This document shows positions 30,744-40,929 of a DNA stretch of 64,000 bases, piece by piece. The notes under the pieces were generated by a model. It did not search any database, was not told where the DNA came from, and saw only the letters and a program-made list of their open reading frames with translations. Origin of the DNA: an uncultured Chlamydiae bacterium (GTDB lineage: Bacteria > Chlamydiota > Chlamydiia > Chlamydiales > SM23-39); the NCBI GenBank assembly GCA_963828125.1, contig CAWHDP010000002.1:704001-768000 (forward strand), read 5' to 3'. The position numbers were made by a program, and so were the translations under genes. Numbering within the stretch: position 1 is the first letter of the stretch; the number at the start of each line of letters is the position of its first letter.

Positions 30744-32180
30744 ATGAACCACCGCACATTCTGGGATGAGCAGCCGGCGCTCCTCTTCGGTCTTTCTCTT
30801 CTGATCGGGACGAGCAGCGTCTTATTCTGGGAGAGTCCTTGGAATGGGCTTTGGCCCCTCCTTTGGGCCGCCTATCTCCTTTGGCTTCGACGATTTCCGC
30901 CGCTGCTCCTGATCGCCGGCGGGGCCGTTTATGGGTTAGGCGCCTACGGCTCCATCCCGGCCTGTGACAGCGCCTATTTTTCGATTCATTCTTTAAAGCC
31001 GCACCAGTCCCCCTTCGAAAAAGGGCTCGTTTATCAAGGGACGCTTTTTGTCGAAGGGGGGAGAGTCCCCTGCAAAATCCACTATCCTTATCAGCCCGAT
31101 CATCCGAAAGCAAACTGCGACTACCTCCTGCGGGGCAAGCTCACAGAGCGAGGCCCTTACGACTATCTCTTTCGGGCAAAAGAGTGGATCCGCGTCGAGA
31201 AGACGCACTCTTTGGCCGAGATCCGTTTTGAGCTCAAGGAGCGTTTTCGGCGCTTTTTAGAAAAAAAACTCCCTACGGAGAGGGTCGCATCGCTTTTGGG
31301 TTCGTTGATGACTGGGGATGTGGAGGATCGCTCTCTTCGCTATGAATTTGGGAGGATCGGTTTGCAACATATCCTTGCGATTTCCGGTTTTCACTTTGCT
31401 ATTCTCATCGCCTTTTCCTCCTTTTTTCTCGGCCTTTTCCTCAACCATCGGTGGAAGCACATCGCGCTTCTTGGCTTGATCAACGGCTATTTTCTCTTTG
31501 TGGGCGCGGCGCCGGCAGTGACCCGAAGCTGGCTAACAGCCCTCTTTTATCTCATCGGCAAACTCACAGCCCGCCATGCAAGCGGACTGAATCTCCTCGG
31601 CGCTGCGCTTCTGATCGAATTGCTTCTCGATCCTATCGTCAGCTCCCAAATCGGCTTTCAACTCAGCTTTCTTAGCTGCACTGGGATCCTCCTCTTCGCC
31701 CCCCTTTTCAAGCCTTGGGTCGCCCTCCTCCTCCCCAAACACGACTCTCAAAAACTCACCCGCTTTGCCCAGCACGGCTATCTAGCCACCTCATTTTTGC
31801 GCCAAGGGCTCTCTCTCGCGTTAGGGGTCAATGCAGCGATCTTCCCCTTGCTCCTATTCCATTTCCACTCCTTTCCTCTCCTTTCGCTGTTCTATAACCT
31901 ATTTTTTCCCCTCCTCGTCAGCGGAGCCCTTTTCAGCCTCCTCATCGCCCTGCTGGCCCACCTCCTCTTCCCCCCCTTGGGCGCCCCCCTTTTTTATGTG
32001 ACCGATTTTTTTACTGCCCAGCTCCTCGAAATCGCCTCCTTCCCTCCGCTTCCCCTCGACTATTCGATCCGAGCCGCCTCTTTTCCCGGATGGGTCATCC
32101 CCCCTTATCTCTTCGCCCTCTTCTGTCTTTCTACTGCAAAGCACCGTTTCCTTTTGACGAATACCCCCCATTTTCAGTAA
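30744..32180 (+). CDS. comEC: ComEC/Rec2 family competence membrane protein
   Basis: GLQHILAISGFHF, AVTRS, GFQLSF; multiple TM helices; no MBL domain. Confidence 0.88.
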   Translation: MNHRTFWDEQPALLFGLSLLIGTSSVLFWESPWNGLWPLLWAAYLLWLRRFPPLLLIAGGAVYGLGAYGSIPACDSAYFSIHSLKPHQSPFEKGLVYQGTLFVEGGRVPCKIHYPYQPDHPKANCDYLLRGKLTERGPYDYLFRAKEWIRVEKTHSLAEIRFELKERFRRFLEKKLPTERVASLLGSLMTGDVEDRSLRYEFGRIGLQHILAISGFHFAILIAFSSFFLGLFLNHRWKHIALLGLINGYFLFVGAAPAVTRSWLTALFYLIGKLTARHASGLNLLGAALLIELLLDPIVSSQIGFQLSFLSCTGILLFAPLFKPWVALLLPKHDSQKLTRFAQHGYLATSFLRQGLSLALGVNAAIFPLLLFHFHSFPLLSLFYNLFFPLLVSGALFSLLIALLAHLLFPPLGAPLFYVTDFFTAQLLEIASFPPLPLDYSIRAASFPGWVIPPYLFALFCLSTAKHRFLLTNTPHFQ

Positions 32181-32199
32181 CATTGACGCACTGTCTTAT

Positions 32200-32274
32200 G
32201 GCGATCGTAGCTCAGTTGGTTAGAGCATTGGATTGTGGATCCAAATGTCGCGGGTTCGATCCCCGTCGATCGCC
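32200..32274 (+). tRNA. tRNA-His(GTG)
   Basis: G-1 plus GCGATCG/CGATCGC acceptor, anticodon arm TTGGA-TTGTGGA-TCCAA, GGTTCGATCC. Confidence 0.97.
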
Positions 32275-32288
32275 CATTTTTGAGGCCC

Positions 32289-33044
32289 ATGTCATTCATT
32301 CAAGCCATTATTTTAGGCCTTGTCCAGGGAATCACCGAATTCTTTCCGGTGAGTTCGTCTGCCCACCTCCGTCTAGCAAAATGGCTGTTAGGCGTCGGCG
32401 ACGGGGAATCTTTCGTTTTATTTGATCTGATCTGCCATACAGGGACGCTCCTTGCCCTGCTGATCTTTTTGCGGCGCGATGTTTGGGAACTCATGAAAAT
32501 TCCTAAAAAAACGGCCCTCTATTTTCTCGCCCTTCTCCCTCTCATCCCCGCCTATTTTCTCTTAAAACCGCTCCGCCTTGCCGCCTCAGCGCCCCCTTAT
32601 CTCGGCTACGCTCTCATGACTACAGGAGCTCTTTTATTCGCCGCCTCTCGAAAAAAAGGGCCCTTCGGCGTCCGCGTAAAATGGAAACATGTGCTATGTA
32701 TTGGAGTCATGCAGACCATGGCGCTGATTCCGGGGATTTCTAGAAGCGGAGCAACAATTGCCGCAGCGAGGTTTTGCGGCTGGGACTGGCGTGAGGCGGC
32801 CAAGTTCTCTTTTTTACTGGCGGTTCCGACCATTTTAGGCGGCGAGTGCCTTGAATTGTGGAAAGGGATACCCGATAACGGCCCGGCTGCCGCTTGCTAC
32901 GCTGGAGCTTTTTTGGCTGCATTCGGATTGGGCCTTGCGAGCGTCCGGTTCATTTTTTGGGTCTACGAAATGGGAAACATAAAACCCTTTGCTTGGTATT
33001 GTTTAGGTTTAGGGATCTTCGCGCGGGTTGTATTTCATGGCTAA
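32289..33044 (+). CDS. uppP: undecaprenyl-diphosphatase
   Basis: GLVQGITEFFPVSSSAHL, PGISRSGAT, AKFSFLL. Confidence 0.95.
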   Translation: MSFIQAIILGLVQGITEFFPVSSSAHLRLAKWLLGVGDGESFVLFDLICHTGTLLALLIFLRRDVWELMKIPKKTALYFLALLPLIPAYFLLKPLRLAASAPPYLGYALMTTGALLFAASRKKGPFGVRVKWKHVLCIGVMQTMALIPGISRSGATIAAARFCGWDWREAAKFSFLLAVPTILGGECLELWKGIPDNGPAAACYAGAFLAAFGLGLASVRFIFWVYEMGNIKPFAWYCLGLGIFARVVFHG

Positions 33045-35373
33045 AAAAAAGAAAGCTCCTTTCAATCCCGACGCAGAGGGGCTCTTCTTCATCTCGCTCG
33101 GCTTCCTGGGTTTCCTCGCCCTTTGGAGCTTCTCCTTTCTCCATCCGGAGGGAAACTGGCTCGGCTACTTGGGCTATCTCGCAGCGCTTGGGCTCGAGTC
33201 GCTCTTTGGCCTCAGCTCATATCTCATTCCAGTCTACTTCATTTGGCTCGGCGTCCGACTCCTTCAAGGGAAAAAGCTCCTTCACGCCGATCATATTTAT
33301 TTTGCCATTCTTCTCGGCTCAGTCTGCATGCTATTCACTGTATTTGCCGAGACCTACCCCGTGAAAGCAAGAGGCTGGGAGGGACAAGTCATTTCAGAGA
33401 CATTGGCGATGAGCGCCCCCTATCCCCGCACCTTGATCCGCCTCTATCTAGGCGGCTTCCCCGCCTATTACCTCTTCTCAGATTTGCCAGGCCTCAATTT
33501 CCAGAATACACTCAGTTCTGTGGGGACCACCCTGATTTTTTTTAGTCTAGGACTCGTCTCTTTGCTTTTATTGACCCGCTTTAAAGTCGTCGCAAACGCC
33601 CGCTCTTTTTGGTTAGGCTGCCTCACTCTTCTTCATTGGGCTGGCAAAATCGCTCAACGGGAACCGAGACAAATCTCCCCTTCGGCGCCGAAGGTTTACA
33701 CTGGCTTGAAGATCAATCACCTCCCTGAGCCGAAGAAGAAATTGGCTGAAATTCTCCAACCTGGGAAAAAAATAAAGCCCGTTCTCGTCCAGGAAGATCC
33801 TCCGCCGAAAAAGGAACGGGAGCCGTTGCCCCAAAAAAAAGAACCTCTCCCCATTCCGATCAAAAGTCTCATGGTCCGCTCCGACGGCTCCTATAAACTC
33901 CCCTCCCCTAACCTCCTCGCCGATCCAACGCGAAAAGTCGATCAGCCAACTTTGAAAAAAGACCTCATGAATCAGGCGGCTGTTCTCGAAGACACTCTCA
34001 AGAGCTTCGGCATTGAAGCCAAAGTCGGCGAAATCAATAGCGGCCCCACCATCACCTCTTTCGAGGTGCACCCATCGATCGGCGTAAAAGTGCAGAAGAT
34101 TAAAGCGCTCGAGAGCGATATTGCCCTCAACATGCAAGCTAAATCGATCCGGATCGTCGCCCCGATTCCCGGCAAAGCGGCCGTCGGCGTCGAAGTCCCC
34201 GCCCTCCATCCGCAGGAGGTGAGCTTCAAAGAGATGCTCCTCCACTACCAGCAGAAAACCCGAAAGCTCACCATCCCTGTCTTGCTCGGCAAAGCGATCA
34301 ATGGCGAATGGGTCTTCGCAGATCTTGCGAAAATGCCCCACTGCCTCATCGCCGGAGCCACCGGATCGGGCAAATCGGTCTGCATCAACACCGTCATCAT
34401 GTCGATTCTCATGAATACGCGGCCAGACGAGGTGAAACTCCTGATGGTCGATCCTAAAAAAGTGGAGCTGACCCAGTATTCGCGCCTCCCCCATATGCTG
34501 GCGCCCGTCATTACGGAACCCCACGGCGCTTACGCCGCCCTCCAGTGGCTCGTGAAAGAGATGCAGGTTCGCTACGAAATCCTCAAACAACTCGGCTTGC
34601 GCAACATCGGCGCCTTTAATAACAGAAAAATCAATAAAGACCTCGAAGCCTCTCTCAACACTCCCATCCCTGAGCAGATGCCCTTCATCGTCGCGATCAT
34701 CGATGAATTTGCCGACTTGATGATGGTGTCGAGCGCCGACATCGAGACCCCCATCGCCCGCATCGCGCAAATGGCCCGCGCCGTCGGGATCCATTTGGTT
34801 CTCGCCACCCAAAGACCCTCCCGAGAGGTGATCACCGGCATCATCAAAGCCAACATCCCCACCCGCATCTCCTTCAAAGTGGCGAGCCGGGTCAATTCGC
34901 AGATCGTTTTGGACGACACAGGGGCCGAAAGTCTGTTGGGCAATGGAGATCTGTTGTTCCTTCCTCCTGGCTCCTCGCAGCTCATCCGCGCGCAAGGGGC
35001 CTACATTAGCGACGACGAGATCAACCAGGTGATCAACGCGATCTCTATGCAAAGCCCAACCCATTACCTGATCCCATCGTTCGATTCGTTCCGCTCTCTG
35101 GATACTGGAGGGGGGGATGATGAGCCGGAAGGGAAAGATGCGCTGTATGATCAGGCATTGACCATTGTGGTCGCCTCAAAAAGCGCCTCAACGACGTTTT
35201 TACAGCGGAAACTCAAAATCGGATACGCACGGGCAGCTAGCTTGATGGACGAATTGGAACAAAATGGGATCGTCGGACCCCAGGAAGGGGCTAAACCGAG
35301 AAGAGTGATCAGCAGCGGCGGAGTGCAACCGGCGCTGTTTGAGGATGAATTAGAAGAGGAGGGAGAAAAATGA
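33037..35373 (+). CDS. ftsK: DNA translocase FtsK
   Basis: N-terminal TM domain, HCLIAGATGSGKS, IDEFADLM, ATQRPS, gamma domain LQRKLKIGYARAA. Confidence 0.97.
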   Translation: MAKKKKAPFNPDAEGLFFISLGFLGFLALWSFSFLHPEGNWLGYLGYLAALGLESLFGLSSYLIPVYFIWLGVRLLQGKKLLHADHIYFAILLGSVCMLFTVFAETYPVKARGWEGQVISETLAMSAPYPRTLIRLYLGGFPAYYLFSDLPGLNFQNTLSSVGTTLIFFSLGLVSLLLLTRFKVVANARSFWLGCLTLLHWAGKIAQREPRQISPSAPKVYTGLKINHLPEPKKKLAEILQPGKKIKPVLVQEDPPPKKEREPLPQKKEPLPIPIKSLMVRSDGSYKLPSPNLLADPTRKVDQPTLKKDLMNQAAVLEDTLKSFGIEAKVGEINSGPTITSFEVHPSIGVKVQKIKALESDIALNMQAKSIRIVAPIPGKAAVGVEVPALHPQEVSFKEMLLHYQQKTRKLTIPVLLGKAINGEWVFADLAKMPHCLIAGATGSGKSVCINTVIMSILMNTRPDEVKLLMVDPKKVELTQYSRLPHMLAPVITEPHGAYAALQWLVKEMQVRYEILKQLGLRNIGAFNNRKINKDLEASLNTPIPEQMPFIVAIIDEFADLMMVSSADIETPIARIAQMARAVGIHLVLATQRPSREVITGIIKANIPTRISFKVASRVNSQIVLDDTGAESLLGNGDLLFLPPGSSQLIRAQGAYISDDEINQVINAISMQSPTHYLIPSFDSFRSLDTGGGDDEPEGKDALYDQALTIVVASKSASTTFLQRKLKIGYARAASLMDELEQNGIVGPQEGAKPRRVISSGGVQPALFEDELEEEGEK

Positions 35374-35807
35374 ATGTTATTCCTGCAAAGCCTGTAGCGG
35401 ACGACCAACAAATGGCGATATACAACAGAGAACTGACAAATTGCAAGAAACAATTGAGAGATCTCAATGGAACAATAACGGCGCATTTCAAGCAGATGGC
35501 CGAGCAGAATTATTGTAGGCCAAATTTAGCGCTCTATTGGACAGATTTAGAAAATATAGTCAATGGCATTAGAATTCTGAAGGCCAAGGTGGATGCCGGG
35601 AAGAATTCAGAAGAACGAACCGCATTCCAAGACCGCATTAAGCAGTGTTATCAGGACTTAATATACCCAATGATCCTAAATTGCAAGAATGCCAGACAAG
35701 GGTGGCAGCCTACGAATGTCCTCTGTCAGATGAGCAACATGTGGGCTCTTTGGACTAACGACCCAATAGCAGAAGTCGACGCCGTATTTCCTATTCCAAA
35801 GACTTGA
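35370..35807 (+). CDS. hypothetical protein
   Basis: 145-aa ORF with ATGA and TGATG overlaps to ftsK and murJ. Confidence 0.7.
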   Translation: MNVIPAKPVADDQQMAIYNRELTNCKKQLRDLNGTITAHFKQMAEQNYCRPNLALYWTDLENIVNGIRILKAKVDAGKNSEERTAFQDRIKQCYQDLIYPMILNCKNARQGWQPTNVLCQMSNMWALWTNDPIAEVDAVFPIPKT

Positions 35808-37459
35808 TGAACGGCGCCTCTGATCAACCCCATACAATCGCTCGGTCTGCTGCCAGCTTTCTGTCGGGTACAGCCTTAAGTCGAGTGAGCGGCCTTTTGA
35901 GAGATATGTCGATCGCCTACTGTTTTGGGACCCATTCTGCCATTGCCGCCTTTTTAGTCGCGCTGAGACTGGCCAATTTACTCCGGAGAATTTTTGGCGA
36001 AGGGGCCTTATTAAACGGATTCATCCCCCATTTTGAATCCTATCGGAGTGAAAGCCCTAAACGGGCCTCAGAATTTTTCAGAGATACATTTTTCTCATTG
36101 GCTGTATTAGTTGTGATTTTGATCTCAGCCCTTGAGCTTGCTTTATATTTTTCCGTCCGCGCATTCGATTTCACTCAAGACGGAGAACAAATCGTCCATT
36201 TGATCATGATCATACTGCCTGGCGTTTTGTTTATCTGCCTTTTCAGCATCTGCAGCGGACTATTGCAATGCCTGAAGTTTTTCTTTTTAATTGGCGTCTC
36301 CCCTGTTGCATATAATATAATATGGGTTATCTCTGTTATCCTTTTTAAAAATCATGCCCCCCAAAATGCAGTCATTGGACTTGCTGTCGGGGTTACTCTA
36401 GCGTTTTTATTTCAATGGCTCATCACATTTCCAAAAACGATCTCCTTCCTACGTCTTACACTGAGCTGGAAAGAAATTTTTCAGTGCCATTTATTCTCGA
36501 AAGAAATCCAAATCATGCTCTCCTCCCTTTCCTTAGGGTTGCTAGGCGTTGTGGCCGCGCAAATCAACACGGCCATGGATACCCTCTTCGCAAGGTTTGC
36601 CTCTCTTGAAGGCCCCGCCTATCTCAATTACGCCATCCATTTACAACAGCTCCCTCTAGCCCTGTTCGGCATCGGCATAGCATCCGCTCTTTTGCCCCCA
36701 TTGTCTAGAGCCTTCAAATCAGACCATTTCGCCAAATATAACGAACTCCTCGAATTTGCCCTATCTCTCGCCATGTTTATCGTCATCCCCTGCGCATGTG
36801 CCATTTTTGTTCTTGGAGGATCGAGCGTGAACCTCCTTTTTGGTCGAGGGGACTTCAATCACGCATCAACGATTCATACGACAATCTGTCTATGGGGATA
36901 CGGGATCGGGCTGATTCCTATGGTCATCACAATGCTCCTTGCGCCAGCATTTTATGCCAAAAAAAATTACATCATCCCTGTGACAGCTTCTTTGTTTGCT
37001 ATCTTCATTAATTTCACGTTAAATAGTCTTATCATTTGTGTTTTTCATTTTGGGCCAGAAAGTCTTGCAATATCTACAAGTATTGCCGCATTTTTTAACG
37101 CTTATATTCTTTATAGGCAATTATCCAAAGAGGCGCTCATTCGGCTGCAGCCATCTTTTATGTATTCTTTGGCAAAGACTTTTTTCTGTTCAATTTTATC
37201 TGGGATGATCACCTTAATCACAGGCTATTTTCTTTTGAACGATCCTACGATTCCCATTCTCATTGGTAAAAATGCATGGTTCCCTCGGCTTTTTACGGAG
37301 CAAGCGGCTCACTTTGGCGTATTAAGTATTGTGTTCATTCTTACTTTTGTTGTCTCTTCCCTTGTTTTTAATAGAAAAGCCTTTTTAAGCTTGATTAATT
37401 TTTACAGGAAACCAATGCCAATGCATCCCCATAAGGGGTCGTCCAACAATAACTTTTAG
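35807..37459 (+). CDS. murJ: lipid II flippase MurJ (MviN)
   Basis: SRVSGLLRD, RRIFGEGAL, QLPLALFG, LFGRGDF, AFYA. Confidence 0.95.
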   Translation: MNGASDQPHTIARSAASFLSGTALSRVSGLLRDMSIAYCFGTHSAIAAFLVALRLANLLRRIFGEGALLNGFIPHFESYRSESPKRASEFFRDTFFSLAVLVVILISALELALYFSVRAFDFTQDGEQIVHLIMIILPGVLFICLFSICSGLLQCLKFFFLIGVSPVAYNIIWVISVILFKNHAPQNAVIGLAVGVTLAFLFQWLITFPKTISFLRLTLSWKEIFQCHLFSKEIQIMLSSLSLGLLGVVAAQINTAMDTLFARFASLEGPAYLNYAIHLQQLPLALFGIGIASALLPPLSRAFKSDHFAKYNELLEFALSLAMFIVIPCACAIFVLGGSSVNLLFGRGDFNHASTIHTTICLWGYGIGLIPMVITMLLAPAFYAKKNYIIPVTASLFAIFINFTLNSLIICVFHFGPESLAISTSIAAFFNAYILYRQLSKEALIRLQPSFMYSLAKTFFCSILSGMITLITGYFLLNDPTIPILIGKNAWFPRLFTEQAAHFGVLSIVFILTFVVSSLVFNRKAFLSLINFYRKPMPMHPHKGSSNNNF

Positions 37460-37463
37460 AGAA

Positions 37464-38243
37464 TTAAAAATAGATGGCCTTGGAAATAGCGTCTTGGCGT
37501 GCGATCGAGAGAGCCACCGACAGATTTTTCAGAGCCAAAGCCTCTCTCACTACCTTCAAAGCGACCTCCTCAGCGTTGCACTCGGAGGACAAGTGGGCCA
37601 GATGGACGTGCTTGAGCCCAGGGTGATGAATCGCTAAGAGGAGCGCCCCGCAATCCTCATTCGACAAATGCCCCTGTTTACCCAAAATGCGCTGCTTCAG
37701 ATACTCCGGACGGCTCGACGCATGGACCATCGAGACTTGGTGGTTGGCCTCTAAATAGAGATAATCGGAGCGTTCCAATTGCTTTTTGACAAGCGACGTC
37801 GCATGGCCGATGTCTGCGCAGACGCCGAGCTTGATCGCCCCAATCTGAAATGTGAATGCGACCGGATCGAGAGTGTCATGCGGAATGCTGAATGGATGGA
37901 TGGTCAGATCGCCGAATTGGAACGTCTCGCCAGTTGTGAAAATCTTAAAACGGGGCCTCTCCCCCAACGCCGCACAAATCCCTTTCGCCGTCTCGGCGTT
38001 GCTCAATACCGGAATCTTGAGCTTGGCGGCGAGAAGAGCGAGCCCTTTGATGTGATCGGAATGCTCGTGGGTGATCAAAATGGCTCCAATCAACGCCGGA
38101 TCGACGCCAATTTGGGCGAGCCGATCGAGGATGACGGCTGTGCTAATGCCCGCATCGATCAGCACGCGTGTGGTTTGACTGCCCACATAAAGGCAATTCC
38201 CCTTCGATCCAGAGGCAAGCGGACAAAATCCAAACATGATCAT
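37464..38243 (-). CDS. MBL-fold metallo-hydrolase (YycJ/WalJ-like)
   Basis: LASGSKGN, THEHSDH, PHD, EANH, GHLSN, AHLS. Confidence 0.9.
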   Translation of the reverse strand: MIMFGFCPLASGSKGNCLYVGSQTTRVLIDAGISTAVILDRLAQIGVDPALIGAILITHEHSDHIKGLALLAAKLKIPVLSNAETAKGICAALGERPRFKIFTTGETFQFGDLTIHPFSIPHDTLDPVAFTFQIGAIKLGVCADIGHATSLVKKQLERSDYLYLEANHQVSMVHASSRPEYLKQRILGKQGHLSNEDCGALLLAIHHPGLKHVHLAHLSSECNAEEVALKVVREALALKNLSVALSIARQDAISKAIYF

Positions 38244-38268
38244 GGATTCTATTGGGAGGGGGAATTTC

Positions 38269-39465
38269 CTAATACACTTTTTTGGGTCGTACTGCAAAAA
38301 AAAGGGCGGTTGCTACGGCTGCATTCAGAATGCCGACGCCGGTAAAGCTCATCTGCGGGCTCATCGATAGAAGCGTATTGAATACATAGAGTACTCCGGC
38401 AGCAAAAAGGGCGAACACGAAGCTGAAAAAATTAGCGGTCGCAAAATTTCTCCCTTTGTTTTCAGGGCGGCTATTGGAGAGGATGAACGCCTGCGAAGGG
38501 ACGAGAACAAGTCCGCCAAAGATCCCCACTCCGATCAGCCAAACAATGTTGATCCAAAAAGGGGAAGAAATATGGGTGAAAAGGAAACAGCCGGCAGACA
38601 TCCCCAAAACGGCCCACGGCAAAGCGTTCAACCGGCCAGACAATCGGGCAGCAATCAGTGAACCTACACAGACGCCAACCGATGAGAAGAGAAATAAATA
38701 TCCTCCTACAGCCGGATTCCTGTGCAGCGCCGATACGCTATAGGGGATGATATTCATCTGGATGAAAGCTCCCATAAAAAGGAGATATCCGTAACAAAAG
38801 ACAGCTGTCAGCATCAAAGGCTTTTGAGACATCTCCGATAAAGCGTCGGAAATCTCCTTATAGATCCAACGGGGCCACGGTTTGGCTGCAGAGGCCGGTT
38901 TTGTTTCGGCAATGAAATAACTCAAACTAGCTCCCAAAAGCGAAATGGCCAGGCATGCGCCGATCATCCAAGGAAATCTCTCCCCCGTTAAGGTATCGAG
39001 CGCCGACGCCAAAGCGGTTCCAAAAATGATGCCGAAAAACGTAAATGCGGCAATAGATCCGTTCGCCTTCAACCATTGCCGTTCCGGAACGATTTCTGAA
39101 ATAATCCCATATTTCGAAGGGCCAAAAAGAGCCGATAAAGTCGTATCGGCAAAAAGGACGAGATACATCCCATTCACTCCGCCATAAAAGACGAGGAGCA
39201 GCGCAAGTCCCATCACGCCGATTTGGATCAACCGGGTGATCTGAATGATTTTTGTTTTGCTCACCCGATCGGCAAAACAGCCGCCCAATGGAGAAAAGAG
39301 GAGGAATGGAAGGACAAAAACCGCTCCAGTGATCGATAGGATCAATGATGCGTTCTCACGGCCTTGGTAAAAGATGAGAAAATAGACCACGATATACTTG
39401 AAAAGATTTTCATTCAGCGCATCGAGAAATTGGACGCAATTTAATAAATTGAAATTCCTTCCCAT
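38269..39465 (-). CDS. MFS transporter (LplT/Aas-like lysophospholipid transporter)
   Basis: QFLDALNENLFK, LPFLLFS, FGPSKYGII; about 12 TM helices. Confidence 0.85.
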   Translation of the reverse strand: MGRNFNLLNCVQFLDALNENLFKYIVVYFLIFYQGRENASLILSITGAVFVLPFLLFSPLGGCFADRVSKTKIIQITRLIQIGVMGLALLLVFYGGVNGMYLVLFADTTLSALFGPSKYGIISEIVPERQWLKANGSIAAFTFFGIIFGTALASALDTLTGERFPWMIGACLAISLLGASLSYFIAETKPASAAKPWPRWIYKEISDALSEMSQKPLMLTAVFCYGYLLFMGAFIQMNIIPYSVSALHRNPAVGGYLFLFSSVGVCVGSLIAARLSGRLNALPWAVLGMSAGCFLFTHISSPFWINIVWLIGVGIFGGLVLVPSQAFILSNSRPENKGRNFATANFFSFVFALFAAGVLYVFNTLLSMSPQMSFTGVGILNAAVATALFFAVRPKKVY

Positions 39466-39552
39466 GATTTTGAATATCGCGGAACGGAAGAAAAAAAAAT
39501 AGTTCTTTCAAAAATCGCTCTATTGATTTATGGAAGACTTTAGAGGTGACAT

Positions 39553-39897
39553 ATGATTGGCGAAGATATCTTACTCGAAATTGATGGAACACTCGATCAG
39601 TTGATCCGAAATGCAGAAGCGATCGAACAAGTGGATCTGAAAGAATTGAGCGAAACGGAAATTTCCGCGTTTCAAAAAACGCAAGAGAGTCTTTTACAGC
39701 ATCTCCTCCACATGGATGAATTTTTTGCCGCAAAAAGAGAGGGTTTAAAAGGGCAGGATAAAAGGTCTGCTAGCTTTAAAATCCAGGAAAAATTACTCAA
39801 ATTTGAAAAAATGAAAGACTCCTACCACAAAAGCCTATCCAAAGTCCAAAATAAATTACCCATTTTATCAAAACGGCGCAGCAAACGGTGGATATAA
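39553..39897 (+). CDS. hypothetical coiled-coil protein
   Basis: 114 aa, GAGGTG RBS. Confidence 0.7.
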   Translation: MIGEDILLEIDGTLDQLIRNAEAIEQVDLKELSETEISAFQKTQESLLQHLLHMDEFFAAKREGLKGQDKRSASFKIQEKLLKFEKMKDSYHKSLSKVQNKLPILSKRRSKRWI

Positions 39898-39914
39898 GGG
39901 GTGGCCGCATTATA
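39898..39914 (+). repeat. half copy (right arm) of family A
   Basis: GGGGTGGCCGCATTATA matches the family A right end at 16/17 positions. Confidence 0.65.
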
Positions 39915-39954
39915 TCTTGTATTTATAATTCCAAATCCGTATAATTGCCCCGAC

Positions 39955-40929
39955 ATGAAAGTTGATCCCATCATCCTAGCCTGGTGCCATCGACATTTTG
40001 TAGCACCCCTTTCGCAAGCTTGCGCACTAGGGAACCGAGCCTGGAAAGGATATGACGACTGCCTAGCGCCAAATCGTCTCTCTTTAAAAAACAAAATTAT
40101 ATGCTGGCTTCAAAGTTCTCTTTTACTCCTCCTCCCCATTTTCAATGCAATGATTTGGGCCGCCTGGAAAACCTTTGGCCATCCGACTCAGCTCTTATTG
40201 GACCCGCTTTCGCCGGACGAAGAGGCTCCCTCCCCCTCTCGAGCCATCCCCCTCTTTCCCGAATACGTCTCTGGCCCTGAAATCAAACCGGCCGAAGCGC
40301 TGCATTACAATGAGAGCGTACAGGATATTAATTTTCAAACGAATTTGACTCTCAAACATTACAAAAACAGAACTGTGGCTGTGGCTCAACAAGGCTATTC
40401 GCAATTTGCGTCGCATTCTATCTATCGCCCTGATTGGAGCCTGCAAAAGCTCCATTACCAGCTCGGAACCAAACGGTGCGATATTTGGCAAGATGAGGAG
40501 GATCCTACTCAGATTCACGTAAAATTCGTGCAGGGAGAATCAGACCCGGTTGAATCTATTTTAAAGCTTGAAAAATCGCTCCCATTGATTCAACAAAGGT
40601 TGGTCGGTTTCACGCCGTTTGTTTTATCAAAAGAAGAAGAAATTCACTTTTATGCAGTCGTTCCGGAAATTCCTCTCATGAATTATATCCCCTGGATCAA
40701 AAAACCCCCGTTTTTGATGGAGGCAGTCGCTCGCAAGACGGGGATTGAGGATCTGCCGGGCCGTGGGAAATGGGTCAAAATCGAAGTCGTCTCCACTTGG
40801 AATTGGCCGTACAATTCATTCAAAAGTACAATGTGGTTCGATCAGAAGACAGCCGTCCTGAAAAAATTTGTCGATACAAGCCCATTTACTTTTACGAGAT
40901 CTGGAGAATTTCTCCCAAATCATCCGTAG
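39955..40929 (+). CDS. hypothetical protein with one hydrophobic segment
   Basis: Long ORF with no recognised motif; ATG 39955 preferred. Confidence 0.7.
   Translation: MKVDPIILAWCHRHFVAPLSQACALGNRAWKGYDDCLAPNRLSLKNKIICWLQSSLLLLLPIFNAMIWAAWKTFGHPTQLLLDPLSPDEEAPSPSRAIPLFPEYVSGPEIKPAEALHYNESVQDINFQTNLTLKHYKNRTVAVAQQGYSQFASHSIYRPDWSLQKLHYQLGTKRCDIWQDEEDPTQIHVKFVQGESDPVESILKLEKSLPLIQQRLVGFTPFVLSKEEEIHFYAVVPEIPLMNYIPWIKKPPFLMEAVARKTGIEDLPGRGKWVKIEVVSTWNWPYNSFKSTMWFDQKTAVLKKFVDTSPFTFTRSGEFLPNHP

Noticed and set aside
32235..32288. uppP N-terminal extension in the ORF track
   Set aside because: It overlaps tRNA-His; ATG 32289 is the plausible start.
33613..35064. 483-aa antisense ORF and many similar shadow ORFs
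   Set aside because: They lie opposite well-supported genes such as ftsK and show no motifs; explained by codon bias.
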